A stretch of DNA of 60,240 nucleotides, counting the filler. It is 6 parts of 6 records of this genome, joined end to end, with 100 filler letters (N's around TTAATTAATTAA, not from the genome) between each part and the next. Parts side by side here need not be neighbours in the genome. Positions count along the whole stretch, not along the records: positions 44,449 to 53,974 come from SRR2962707_4327; positions 54,075 to 60,240 come from SRR2962707_4345; 4 more parts are not named here. One strand, written 5' to 3'. Shown in pieces: positions 49,629-58,802 of the stretch; the first letter of the stretch is position 1; each line of letters starts with the position of its first letter. The translations under genes were made by a program, and so were the position numbers. Under the pieces are notes generated by a model. That model had not been told where the DNA came from. It saw only the letters and a program-made list of their open reading frames with translations, and did not search any database.

Positions 49629-49709
49629 TCACGAGTTTATTGGATTTAAAACGCTCTGACAAGGATGCAATGGAAGGTCGGTTTGGGGTTATGAGGGGAG
49701 GGCTGGCAT

Positions 49710-49739
49710 AAAAAGCCGACCTGCCAGAAGACAGGCCGG
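49710..49739 (-). terminator. Rho-independent terminator
   Basis: CCGGCCTGTC-TTCT-GGCAGGTCGG-CTTTTT. Confidence 0.8.
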
Positions 49740-49820
49740 TGAAACGTCAGGGTTTGCGACGTGCTAAAACCTGAGAACTCACTCAGGAGACACCGAGAAT
49801 GTCCGAATCCCCGATGTCGT
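49710..49820 (-). ncRNA. Candidate sigmaE-dependent small RNA (~110 nt)
   Basis: SigmaE promoter directly upstream; hairpins at 49789-49818, 49770-49787 and 49744-49762; terminator 49716-49739 plus U5; no AUG. Confidence 0.6.
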
Positions 49821-49825
49821 AACTA

Positions 49826-49852
49826 TTGACACGCCAATTGATCAAAAGTTCC
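49826..49852 (-). promoter_or_regulatory. SigmaE (RpoE/AlgU) promoter
   Basis: GGAACTT-N15-GTCAA on the minus strand. Confidence 0.7.
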
Positions 49853-50551
49853 TCAATGATTCCCGATGGGTTCGCCCTGCCCTGAAACCGATGCGCCAGC
49901 CGCATCCGGCAAACGCGGACGATACTTCTCCCGCAACGTCATCACCTGCTCCCGGTAATCCGCCGTCAGATAGGGAATCTCCAGGGTCAGCACCTGATAG
50001 ATGCCCTGCTTCAGCTCGGTCAGAGTCAGGCTCGCAGAGGCCTCAGAGGCGTGGGCGGTTTTCAGGAAAGCCATCCAGTTGGTAATGACCAACCATACGT
50101 TCAGGGACATCGCGGAACGCAGCTCTTCAGGCTGAGGCTCGATAATTCCCGCCTCCGCCAGCTTCTCGAATATCCGGCTGATCGCCGCCAGACAGCGGTT
50201 GGTGAATTCGCGGTAGTCCTGGCGCAGGCGTTGATCACTGTCGAGCAGGTATTCCAGGTCGCGGTGAAAAAACCGATAGCTCCAAAGGCCATCGAACACC
50301 GATTCGAGATAAAAGGTCAGGTCATCCAGGGTAATGGGCCGGTTCTCCGGGATATCCAGGTAAAAATCCACCAGCTTTTCATACTCGAGAAAGATCTCGT
50401 AAATGATGTCGGACTTGTTACGGAAGTGGTAATACAGGTTGCCCGGCGATATCGCCAGGTGGGCGGCGATATGGTTGGTGGTTACGTTGCGCTCTCCCCT
50501 TTCGTTGAACAGATCAAGGCTCGAAAGAAGAATCTTGTCTCGGGTTTTCAT
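49853..50551 (-). CDS. laoR: TetR family repressor (LaoR-like)
   Basis: MKTRDKIL, LFNERGERNVTTNHIA and ISPGNLYYHFRNK motifs; divergent from the ALDH-Tat-GMC genes. Confidence 0.8.
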   Translation of the reverse strand: MKTRDKILLSSLDLFNERGERNVTTNHIAAHLAISPGNLYYHFRNKSDIIYEIFLEYEKLVDFYLDIPENRPITLDDLTFYLESVFDGLWSYRFFHRDLEYLLDSDQRLRQDYREFTNRCLAAISRIFEKLAEAGIIEPQPEELRSAMSLNVWLVITNWMAFLKTAHASEASASLTLTELKQGIYQVLTLEIPYLTADYREQVMTLREKYRPRLPDAAGASVSGQGEPIGNH

Positions 50552-50645
50552 AGGCTCAGCAATGCGTGTTGTTGTGTGGGTGCCTGTGCTTTGGCGCTGC
50601 GATCCGTGGATGGCCCGATCAGCCATCAGGGCCAGCTTGACTACC

Positions 50646-50661
50646 TAGAGTATATACTCTA
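50646..50661. promoter_or_regulatory. TetR operator inside a sigma70 promoter
   Basis: Perfect palindrome TAGAGTATATACTCTA between TTGACT (50637-42) and TAATAAT (50660-66). Confidence 0.78.
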
Positions 50662-50779
50662 ATAATAGCCCCAAGCGCAAACTGAATACTTTTTCACCAC
50701 CGCATTCCGGAGCTGTCGCAGGCTCCACGAACAATAAGGGCGGCGACCCGGCAGGCCGGGGCCGCGAGGAGAGAGCGTT

Positions 50780-52225
50780 ATGGTAGCCACCGTTGTCCAG
50801 CTGACTGAAAGCAAGAAGCACATCCAGCACACCCACCGTGTGTTTGAGGACCAGAAGAAGGCGTTTCACAACAACCCGATGCCATCGCTAACCGAGCGTC
50901 AGGAAAATCTGAAGCGCCTCAAGCGCGTACTGCTGTCCAATCAGGATCGGTTACTGGACGCCATCGACCGGGACTTCAGCTGTCGTTCGAAGGACGAATC
51001 GCTGATTGCGGAAGTGATGCCGTCCATTCAGGGCATCAACTACACCCTGAAAAACCTGGAAGGCTGGATGAAGCCCTCCAAGCGGCATGTGTCCGTGTTG
51101 TTCCAGCCCGCCAGCAACCGCGTTCACTACCAGCCTAAGGGTGTTGTGGGCGTCATCGTGCCCTGGAACTACCCTCTGTATCTGGCCGTTGGGCCGTTGG
51201 TGGCCTCACTGGCTGCGGGTAACCGTACGATGATCAAGATGTCGGAGTTCACGCCGCACACCTCTGCTTTGTTCAAGGAGATTGTCGAATCTGCGTTTCC
51301 GGAGGACCTGGTCTGTGTGATTAACGGTGAGGCGGATGTCGCCGCAGACTTTTCCAGCCGGCCCTTCGATCACCTTCTGTTCACCGGCTCCACGTCGGTG
51401 GGCAAGCTGGTGATGCGGGCAGCCGCGGAAAATCTCACGCCGGTGACTCTGGAACTGGGCGGCAAGTCGCCTGCCGTCGTATCGCCGGATGTTCCGATGG
51501 AAGACGCCGCCCAGCGTATCGCTTTCGGCAAGGCGCTGAATGCGGGCCAGACCTGTGTGGCACCGGATTATGTGTTGTGCCCGGCAGACCGTGTGCAGGC
51601 GTTTGTGGATGAGTATCGCCATCAGTTTGCGGCGATGTATCCGAGCCTGCGGGATAACGAGGATTACACAGCGATTATCAATGAGCGCCAATATGACCGC
51701 CTGCAAGGCTATCTTGACGATGCGCGGGAAAAAGGGGCCGAGCTGATTGAGATCAATCCGGCCAATGAGAACCTGAAGGATGGCACCCGCAAGATGCCGA
51801 TTACGCTGGCGCTGAAGACCACGCCGGATATGAAGATCATGCAGGATGAGATTTTCGGGCCGATTCTGCCGATCATCAGCTATGGCAACCTGGATGAGGC
51901 GATCCATTACATTAATGACCGTCCTCGCCCGCTAGCGCTGTATTTCTTCGGTTACGACAAGTCGATGCAGGAGCATGTGGTCAACCAGACACATTCCGGT
52001 GGCATGTGCATCAACGATGCACTGATGCACGTTGCCCAGGATGACCTGCCATTTGGTGGTATCGGTGATTCGGGGATGGGGCATTACCACGGCAAGGAAG
52101 GTTTCCTGACGTTCTCTCATCAACGGGCGATTTTCAGTAAGCAGAAGTTCAACAGTGGCAAGTTTGTGTATGCGCCGCACGGAACGACGGCTCACAAGAT
52201 GGTATATAAGTTGTTTATTCGGTGA
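50780..52225 (+). CDS. laoC: Coniferyl/long-chain aldehyde dehydrogenase (LaoC-like)
   Basis: PWNYP, FTGS, LELGGKSP, NAGQTCVAPDY, EIFGP and PRPLALY motifs. Confidence 0.85.
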   Translation: MVATVVQLTESKKHIQHTHRVFEDQKKAFHNNPMPSLTERQENLKRLKRVLLSNQDRLLDAIDRDFSCRSKDESLIAEVMPSIQGINYTLKNLEGWMKPSKRHVSVLFQPASNRVHYQPKGVVGVIVPWNYPLYLAVGPLVASLAAGNRTMIKMSEFTPHTSALFKEIVESAFPEDLVCVINGEADVAADFSSRPFDHLLFTGSTSVGKLVMRAAAENLTPVTLELGGKSPAVVSPDVPMEDAAQRIAFGKALNAGQTCVAPDYVLCPADRVQAFVDEYRHQFAAMYPSLRDNEDYTAIINERQYDRLQGYLDDAREKGAELIEINPANENLKDGTRKMPITLALKTTPDMKIMQDEIFGPILPIISYGNLDEAIHYINDRPRPLALYFFGYDKSMQEHVVNQTHSGGMCINDALMHVAQDDLPFGGIGDSGMGHYHGKEGFLTFSHQRAIFSKQKFNSGKFVYAPHGTTAHKMVYKLFIR

Positions 52226-52277
52226 CTTGGGTGCTGGTCGCCGGCCAAAAAAAGACAATAAGAACAAGAGAGTCGTT

Positions 52278-52922
52278 ATGCCTGAAAGCCTTTCTCGATC
52301 CGTGCAAACGGACCTTTCCGATTCCGCCATGGACCGTCGGAGTTTTCTCCGGACCGGGCTTGGTGGAGCCATGTTCCTCGGCACGGTGAGTGTGACCGCT
52401 GGCCTGTCCGGCTGTGCAACCGCGCCCGCCGGGCGGGACTATCCGATGCCGGGGGCGATGGACCAGAGCTACGAGTTCCAGTTCCTGACCCGCGACGACA
52501 TTGTGTTGTTCCAGGCATTGCTACCAGCCATGGTGGGCCCCGGGCTGACTGAGGAGCCCGTGGTTCGCCGCCAGCAGATTCAGGCGACGATTGAGCGCAT
52601 TGATGCCGGGATTCATCAGTTCGGACCCGCCAACCAGAAGGAGTTGCGGGGTCTGTTTGACCTGCTGAACTTCGGGCTGACACGGGTGACGGTTGCCCGG
52701 ATCTGGTCGAGTTGGGAGAACGCCAGCACGCAGTCCGTGGATGCCTTCCTTGAGCGCTGGCGCACCAGTGGTGTTGGGCTGTTCAACAACGGCTACATCG
52801 CCCTGACCAAGGTCAGTAACGTGGCGTTCTATGGCCACGAAGACCACTGGCACCTCTCCGGCTACCCCGGACCACCCGCCTGGGCCGTGGACGCCCTGCC
52901 CCAGTTCAAAGACAACGCCTGA
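52278..52922 (+). CDS. laoB: Tat-signal accessory lipoprotein (LaoB-like)
   Basis: DRRSFL Tat motif, LSGC lipobox, FLERWR.S and SGYPGPP motifs. Confidence 0.75.
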   Translation: MPESLSRSVQTDLSDSAMDRRSFLRTGLGGAMFLGTVSVTAGLSGCATAPAGRDYPMPGAMDQSYEFQFLTRDDIVLFQALLPAMVGPGLTEEPVVRRQQIQATIERIDAGIHQFGPANQKELRGLFDLLNFGLTRVTVARIWSSWENASTQSVDAFLERWRTSGVGLFNNGYIALTKVSNVAFYGHEDHWHLSGYPGPPAWAVDALPQFKDNA

Positions 52923-52940
52923 GCCAACCGGAGCATTATT

Positions 52941-53974
52941 ATGTCGTTAACGGATCGTATCGCCCGTGGGCTTGAGGCTGGCTGGAAGGTCACCGACGGC
53001 GCCACCCTGACACAGAACCAGACCCACGAAGCCGATGTGGTGATCATCGGCACCGGCGCCGGGGGCGGCACCACGGCGGAGATTCTGGCGAAAGCCGGGC
53101 TGTCGGTGATTCTGGTGGAAGAAGGCCGTCTGTATCACCAGAAAGACTTCAAAATGAACGAGCTGGACGCCTATGCCTCCCTCTACCAGGAAGGCATGAG
53201 CCGGGTCACCAAAGACGGAGCAATCGCCATTCTTCAGGGCCGGTGTGTGGGCGGCTCTACCACAGTGAACTGGACGTCCAGCTTCCGTACACCGGCACCG
53301 ACGCTGAATCACTGGGCCAGCCGTTTCGGGCTCGACGACCTGACCCCGGCATCCATGAAGCCCTGGTTCGACGGCCGCGAGCAACGACATAACATTGAGC
53401 CCTGGCTGGCCGAGCCTAATGTGAACAACGACATCCTGCGCCAGGGTTGCGAGGCGCTGGGCTGGTCCTGGGAGGTGATCCCACGCAACGTCAAAGGCTG
53501 CTGGAACCTGGGTTACTGCGGCGTGGGCTGCCCCACGAACGCCAAACAGGGGGCTCTGACCACCACTATTCCCGGCGCCCTGGACAACAATGCCCGACTG
53601 TTCCACGGCCTGCGGGCCGACAAACTGGTGATGGAGCAGGACAAAATCAGCCACCTTCAGGCCTCGGCCATGGCGGCGGACGGTGTCACCCCGTCTGGCG
53701 TCACCGTGGAACTGCGAGCCCGGCATTTCGTGGTGGCCGCCAGCGCCATCGGCTCACCTGGCCTGCTGCTGCGCTCAGATATTCCCGACCCCCACAACCG
53801 CATTGGCAAGCGCACCTTCCTGCACCCGGTCAATGCCACCATCGCGGAAATGCCTGACACCGTCGATCCTTACTACGGTGCCCCTCAGTCGATCTATTCC
53901 GACGAATTCAACTTCTCACAAGGCGTCGACGGTCCCGCCGGCTTCAAACTGGAAGTACCGCCCCTGCACCCGGC
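52941..53974 (+). CDS. laoA: GMC oxidoreductase, long-chain alcohol dehydrogenase (LaoA-like, 3' truncated)
   Basis: IIGTGAGG, VGGSTTVN, CWNLGYCGVGCP and FLHP motifs. Confidence 0.82.
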
Positions 53975-54074
53975 NNNNNNNNNNNNNNNNNNNNNNNNNN
54001 NNNNNNNNNNNNNNNNNNTTAATTAATTAANNNNNNNNNNNNNNNNNNNNNNNNNNNNNNNNNNNNNNNNNNNN
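53975..54074. other. Artificial contig linker
   Basis: N44-TTAATTAATTAA-N44. Confidence 0.98.
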
Positions 54075-54923
54075 GAACTCGCCATTCTCGTAGAGGAACT
54101 CGATTGTGCCAGCGCCGGAGTATTTCAGCTTGCGCATGGCCGCGGCGCAGATCTCGCCGATCTCATCGCGTTCCTTGGGGGAGATGGTTGGACCACCGGC
54201 CTCTTCCCAGACCTTCTGGTGACGACGCTGCAGGGAGCAGTCGCGCACACCAAGATGCACGGCGTTGCCCTGGCCATCGCCGAGCACCTGCACCTCGATA
54301 TGGCGCGGCTTGCCGAGGTATTTTTCCATATAGACAGAGTCATTGCCGAAGGCGGCCTTGGCCTCGGTGCGGGCCGTCGACCAGGCTTCGAGCAGGTCTT
54401 TTTCTGTCTTGGCCACCTTCATGCCGCGGCCACCGCCGCCGGCAGTGGCCTTGATCAGCACGGGATAGCCGATTTCCTTGGCGGTCTTCTTGGCGTCGGC
54501 ATCGGTCTCGACGGCGCCGGCAGAGCCGGGGACCACGGGAATGCCCAGTTCCACTGCCGTCTTCTTGGCGGTGATCTTGTCTCCCATGATCTCGATATGG
54601 TGCGCCGAGGGACCAATAAAGGTCACGTTATGCTCGGTCAGGATCTTGGCGAAACGGGCATTTTCAGAGAGGAAGCCGTAGCCGGGATGCACCGCGTCGG
54701 CGCCGGTGATCTCGCAGGCCGCCATGATGGACGGAATGTTGAGATAGCTGTCCTTGGCCGCATTGGGCCCGATGCAGACGCTTTCGTCGGCCAGGCGCAC
54801 ATGCATGGCATTGGCGTCGGCTGTCGAGTGCACGGCAACGGTCTGGATACCCATTTCCTTGCAGGCACGCAGGATGCGCAGGGCGATTTCGCCGCGATTG
54901 GCGATCAGAACCTTATGGAACAT
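54075..54923 (-). CDS. accC: Biotin carboxylase (3' truncated)
   Basis: [28 protein letters not shown] and [11 protein letters not shown] motifs. Confidence 0.96.
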
Positions 54924-54933
54924 GGTCGTCCCC

Positions 54934-55431
54934 TTACTCGATGACGACGAGCGGCTCGCCATATTCTACCGGCTGGGCATCTTCCACGAGGATACGCGTG
55001 ATTGTGCCCGAACGGTGCGCCGGAATCTGGTTCATGGTCTTCATCGCCTCGATGATCAGGATGGTCTGACCCTCGGACACCTTGGTGCCGACATCAACAA
55101 AGGCCGGCTTGCCGGGTTCTGGCGAGCGGTAGGCCGTGCCGACCATGGGCGAAGTCAGCGTACCCGGATTAGACGCCAGGTCCTCGGCCGCTGCGGGTGC
55201 TGCGGATGGCACCGATCCGGAGGGCGCGCTGGGCGCGGCTGGTGCAGCGGCCGCCGGCGGCGCCATGTACTGCATGGGCGCATGCGCATAGGTGGGCGCT
55301 TCGTTGGGGTAGGAACGGGTGACGCGAACCCTCAGATCTTCCTGCTCGATTTCAATCTCGGCAAGGTCTTCCTTGTTGAGCAGTTCGGCGATGGCGCGGA
55401 TCAGATCCTGATCCACCGATGACTTGGTCAT
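54934..55431 (-). CDS. accB: Biotin carboxyl carrier protein
   Basis: SPMVGT, EAMKTMN and an Ala/Pro linker. Confidence 0.96.
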   Translation of the reverse strand: MTKSSVDQDLIRAIAELLNKEDLAEIEIEQEDLRVRVTRSYPNEAPTYAHAPMQYMAPPAAAAPAAPSAPSGSVPSAAPAAAEDLASNPGTLTSPMVGTAYRSPEPGKPAFVDVGTKVSEGQTILIIEAMKTMNQIPAHRSGTITRILVEDAQPVEYGEPLVVIE

Positions 55432-55464
55432 TCTGTCGGTCTCCCGGCTTCTCGTCTTGAAGCG

Positions 55465-55902
55465 TTATTTGAGTTTATCGGCCAAGGCCATGAGGGCCAG
55501 TCTATATCCAAGCGTGCCAAAGCCGCAAATGACGCCGAAGGCCACAGACGACACATAGGAATGGTGCCGGAAGGCCTCGCGCTGATGGATGTTGGTCAAG
55601 TGCACTTCTGCCACCGGCAAGCTCACGGCCCTCAGGGCGTCATGTATGGCAACAGAAGTGTGCGAATATGCGGCAGGATTGATCAGGATGCCGTCGGCCG
55701 TCTTGCGGGCGTCCTGAATCCACGTGACCAGCTCACCTTCGCAATTTGACTGCCGGAAATCGAGGCTTAGCCCCAAATCCTCGGCGGCCGCATGACAAAG
55801 GGCTTCGATGTCCTTGAGCGTTTCGGCCCCATAGGTACCCGGCTCGCGCGTGCCGAGCAGGTTGAGGTTCGGGCCATTGAGGACGAGAACGCGTTTTGTC
55901 AT
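55465..55902 (-). CDS. aroQ: Type II 3-dehydroquinate dehydratase
   Basis: [23 protein letters not shown] and [14 protein letters not shown] motifs. Confidence 0.96.
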   Translation of the reverse strand: MTKRVLVLNGPNLNLLGTREPGTYGAETLKDIEALCHAAAEDLGLSLDFRQSNCEGELVTWIQDARKTADGILINPAAYSHTSVAIHDALRAVSLPVAEVHLTNIHQREAFRHHSYVSSVAFGVICGFGTLGYRLALMALADKLK

Positions 55903-56047
55903 GATCCATGCCTTGTGCACCGGCCCTTTTGGCCAGCGCAAGGGCGGTTACACGAAATGCACCGAAAAGACTAGAGCCACCCGCACTGCGCCACGGTCTG
56001 GGTTGTGGCGGTGTTGAGCTTCAGTGTGATGCGCGCATGAGGCGTAC

Positions 56048-56905
56048 TCAGCTGCACTGGGTCTTTCCACATTCGCGCATGTCGGCGATGCGGGCGCGCA
56101 ATTCATCCGCGCCGATGGCACCTGGAATGATTTCATTGCCGATGATGTAAGTCGGGGTGCCGGTGATGCCCAGGGCCTGTGCAATTTCATAGGAAGACTG
56201 AATGGTCTGGGCGACCCGGGGATCGCCCATTTGCAGTTCCAGTTCGACGGGCGAAAGGCCGAGATCCTGCGCGGCGGCGAGTGCCACCGATTTGTCGACC
56301 TTGCCGCGACTGGTGAACAGGGCGGAGTGGAAGTCCCAATAGCTTGCTTCGCTCTCGCCGACCAGCACACCGATTCGCGCTGCATCGATGGATTCGTTGG
56401 AGAGGATTGGAAATTCCTTGAGGATGATCTTGAGGTTAGAATCCTCGGCCAGTAATGCGGCCATGTCGGGCAGGGCGGTGCGGCAGTAGCCGCAATTATA
56501 GTCGAAGAACTCGACCAGGGTGACATCGCCGTCGGGATTGCCCAGGACAATCTGGCCCGGCGCATTGAAAATCTGGTCCCGGAACTCGGCCAAGGCCGTC
56601 TCTGAGCGTTCCGCCTCTTCAGCGCGCAGGGCTTGCTCAAGGGCGGTGGAGACGCGCTGCAATACTTTGGGATCATCGAGCAGGAACTGCTCGATCATGG
56701 GATTCAGAACTGCAGGATCGATGCTTGCGACCTCTGGTTCCGCCGGCTCTGGTTGAGCCGCCTGTTCTTCAAGCATCTGCTCAACAATGGCGCGTACCGC
56801 GACTTCATCCGTTTGTGGTGCAGGCTGGTTGAAATAGCCATAGCCCAGGGCGCCAGCGAGAATTCCGGCGACAGCAGCAAGAAGGATAGTCAGGCGGTTC
56901 ATCAT
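56048..56905 (-). CDS. DsbA/ScsC-like thiol-disulfide oxidoreductase
   Basis: N-terminal anchor, EFFDYNCGYCR, KEFPIL and GITGTP motifs. Confidence 0.9.
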   Translation of the reverse strand: MMNRLTILLAAVAGILAGALGYGYFNQPAPQTDEVAVRAIVEQMLEEQAAQPEPAEPEVASIDPAVLNPMIEQFLLDDPKVLQRVSTALEQALRAEEAERSETALAEFRDQIFNAPGQIVLGNPDGDVTLVEFFDYNCGYCRTALPDMAALLAEDSNLKIILKEFPILSNESIDAARIGVLVGESEASYWDFHSALFTSRGKVDKSVALAAAQDLGLSPVELELQMGDPRVAQTIQSSYEIAQALGITGTPTYIIGNEIIPGAIGADELRARIADMRECGKTQCS

Positions 56906-57052
56906 AGGGCTCCAGGCGAGTCAGTTCGGTCTTGTCTAGCAGACCTTTGGCCATACTGGCATGGGACGGTGGACCACGGTCTTACGAGACTATCAAATGT
57001 TGTTGAGAAACCGGGCACTTCGCGCTAGGCCCGATGCAGACGTGGGGTTCGC

Positions 57053-58204
57053 ATGACCAATTCTCCGGACGGCCTGATGCCGTTTTTCGCCATGGATATT
57101 CTCAAGCGCGCCAAGGCGTTGGAAGCGCAGGGGCGCACGGTTTGCCATCTCGAGGTTGGTGAGCCGGGCGCGCCGCCGGCGCCGCGTGTGCTTGAGGCGG
57201 TGGCGCGGGCGTTGCCGGAGCCGCAGGGGTACACCAATGCGAAGGGCATGAACGCGCTGCGCGAGGGCCTGGAGGGTTATTATGAACGCCAGCACGGCGT
57301 GCAAATCGATCCGGAGCTGATCGTTGCGACGATGGGGTCGTCTGCGGGCTTCATCCTGGCATTTCATACTGCATTCAAGCCGGGTGCCCGGATCGCCATT
57401 ACCCGTCCGGGCTACCCGGCCTATGTGAACACATTGCTCGGATTGGGTTTCGGCGTCGTCGAAATTCCCGTTTCGGCCGGAAATGGCTGGCGGTTGACCG
57501 GGGCGGAAATCGCAACGGCGCATGCGCGCCAGCCATTCGATGGCTTGCTATTTGCCAGTCCGGCCAATCCGACCGGGGCGTCGGTGAGCCGCGAGCAGCT
57601 TGCCGATATCGTTGCTACCTGTGCGCGGCTGGGCGTCACGCTGATTTCCGACGAGATCTATCATGGTCTCGACTATGCGGGGCCGTCGGTGAGCGCCCTG
57701 GAGCTGACCCGTGATGCCATCATCATCAACAGTTTCTCGAAATACTATTGCATGACTGGATGGCGCATTGGCTGGATGGTGTTGCCGGAGGCGATGATCC
57801 GGCGGGCCGAGATCTTGCAGCAGAACCTGTTCATCTCGGCGCCGACCCTGAGCCAGATCGCGGCCAGCGTGGCATTGGGGGAGCGCGACTATGCGGAAGA
57901 GCAGAAGGCGCGCTATGCCCAGAACCGGCATTTGCTAGGGCAGGGGCTGCGCGAGCTTGGTTTTGACCTGCACGGAGATGGTGACGGGGCCTTTTACGCC
58001 TATGCCGGGATCGGTCAGTTTTCCAATGATGCCATGGACTTTTGCCTGACCATGCTGGACCAGGCTGGTGTCGCGGCGACGCCGGGTGTTGACTTCGACC
58101 GGACCGATGGAAATGGCTTTGTGCGGTTCAGCTATGCGGGTAAATCGGAGACTGTCGAAGGTGCATTGGAGCGAATGCGGGATTTCCTGAGGGCAGGCGG
58201 CTAA
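57053..58204 (+). CDS. PLP-dependent aminotransferase class I/II
   Basis: HLEVGEP, SPANPTG, ISDEIYHGL and NSFSKYYCMTGWRIG motifs. Confidence 0.92.
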   Translation: MTNSPDGLMPFFAMDILKRAKALEAQGRTVCHLEVGEPGAPPAPRVLEAVARALPEPQGYTNAKGMNALREGLEGYYERQHGVQIDPELIVATMGSSAGFILAFHTAFKPGARIAITRPGYPAYVNTLLGLGFGVVEIPVSAGNGWRLTGAEIATAHARQPFDGLLFASPANPTGASVSREQLADIVATCARLGVTLISDEIYHGLDYAGPSVSALELTRDAIIINSFSKYYCMTGWRIGWMVLPEAMIRRAEILQQNLFISAPTLSQIAASVALGERDYAEEQKARYAQNRHLLGQGLRELGFDLHGDGDGAFYAYAGIGQFSNDAMDFCLTMLDQAGVAATPGVDFDRTDGNGFVRFSYAGKSETVEGALERMRDFLRAGG

Positions 58205-58206
58205 GC

Positions 58207-58713
58207 ATGAGCGCAATTCCCACCTTGCAAACAGAACGATTGGTGCTTCGGCCACCGGTGATGGCGGATTATCCCGCCTATGCTGCGTTCATGGCGTCGG
58301 ACCGGTCACGGATGATGGGCGGGCCGCATGTCCGCTGGGCGGCATGGGGCATGTTCTCCAGCGATGTCGCCATGTGGGAACTCTATGGCCACGGCGCATT
58401 CATGATCGAGCTCAGAGCGAGCGGTGATTGCGTCGGTCAGGTGGGGATCAATCACGGCCCGATGTTCCCGGAAAAGGAACTGGGCTGGATGCTCTATGCG
58501 GGATTTGAGGGCCAGGGATTTGCGACCGAGGCCGGTGGCGCCTTGAAGGACTGGGCGTTCGAAACGCTCGGACTCGATACCCTGGTGAGCTATTTCGATC
58601 CGGATAACTACAAATCCATGGCGGTTTCAGCGCGTCTGGGTGGCGTGCGGGATGGCAGGGCCGTGCCTCAGGATGAGGGCGATGTGGTGTACCGGTATCT
58701 TGCCGGACGGTGA
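58207..58713 (+). CDS. GNAT acetyltransferase (RimJ/RimL type)
   Basis: LQTERLVLRP, ELGW, GQGFATEA and N..S..V..RLG motifs. Confidence 0.87.
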   Translation: MSAIPTLQTERLVLRPPVMADYPAYAAFMASDRSRMMGGPHVRWAAWGMFSSDVAMWELYGHGAFMIELRASGDCVGQVGINHGPMFPEKELGWMLYAGFEGQGFATEAGGALKDWAFETLGLDTLVSYFDPDNYKSMAVSARLGGVRDGRAVPQDEGDVVYRYLAGR

Positions 58714-58769
58714 GGGACACGGCCTCGGAGCACATTGCAAGGCAGAGCCTTCGCATGGCTGATATGTGG

Positions 58770-58797
58770 AAAAAAGGGCGGCCCGGAGGCCGCCCTT
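58770..58797 (-). terminator. Rho-independent terminator of rne (possibly bidirectional)
   Basis: AAGGGCGGCC-cgga-GGCCGCCCTT with T6 on the minus strand. Confidence 0.8.
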
Positions 58798-58802
58798 ATT
58801 AT

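Noticed and set aside
49710-49820. The sRNA candidate as an Rsm/Csr sponge, or as ErsA itself
   Set aside because: Only two GGA motifs and a sigmaE-type promoter argue against an Rsm sponge. I cannot show sequence homology to ErsA, and polA is not adjacent.
18546-54074. Five identical TTAATTAATTAA motifs flanked by N runs, and ORFs running into them
   Set aside because: Artificial concatenation linkers, not biological repeats; cross-junction gene associations are meaningless.
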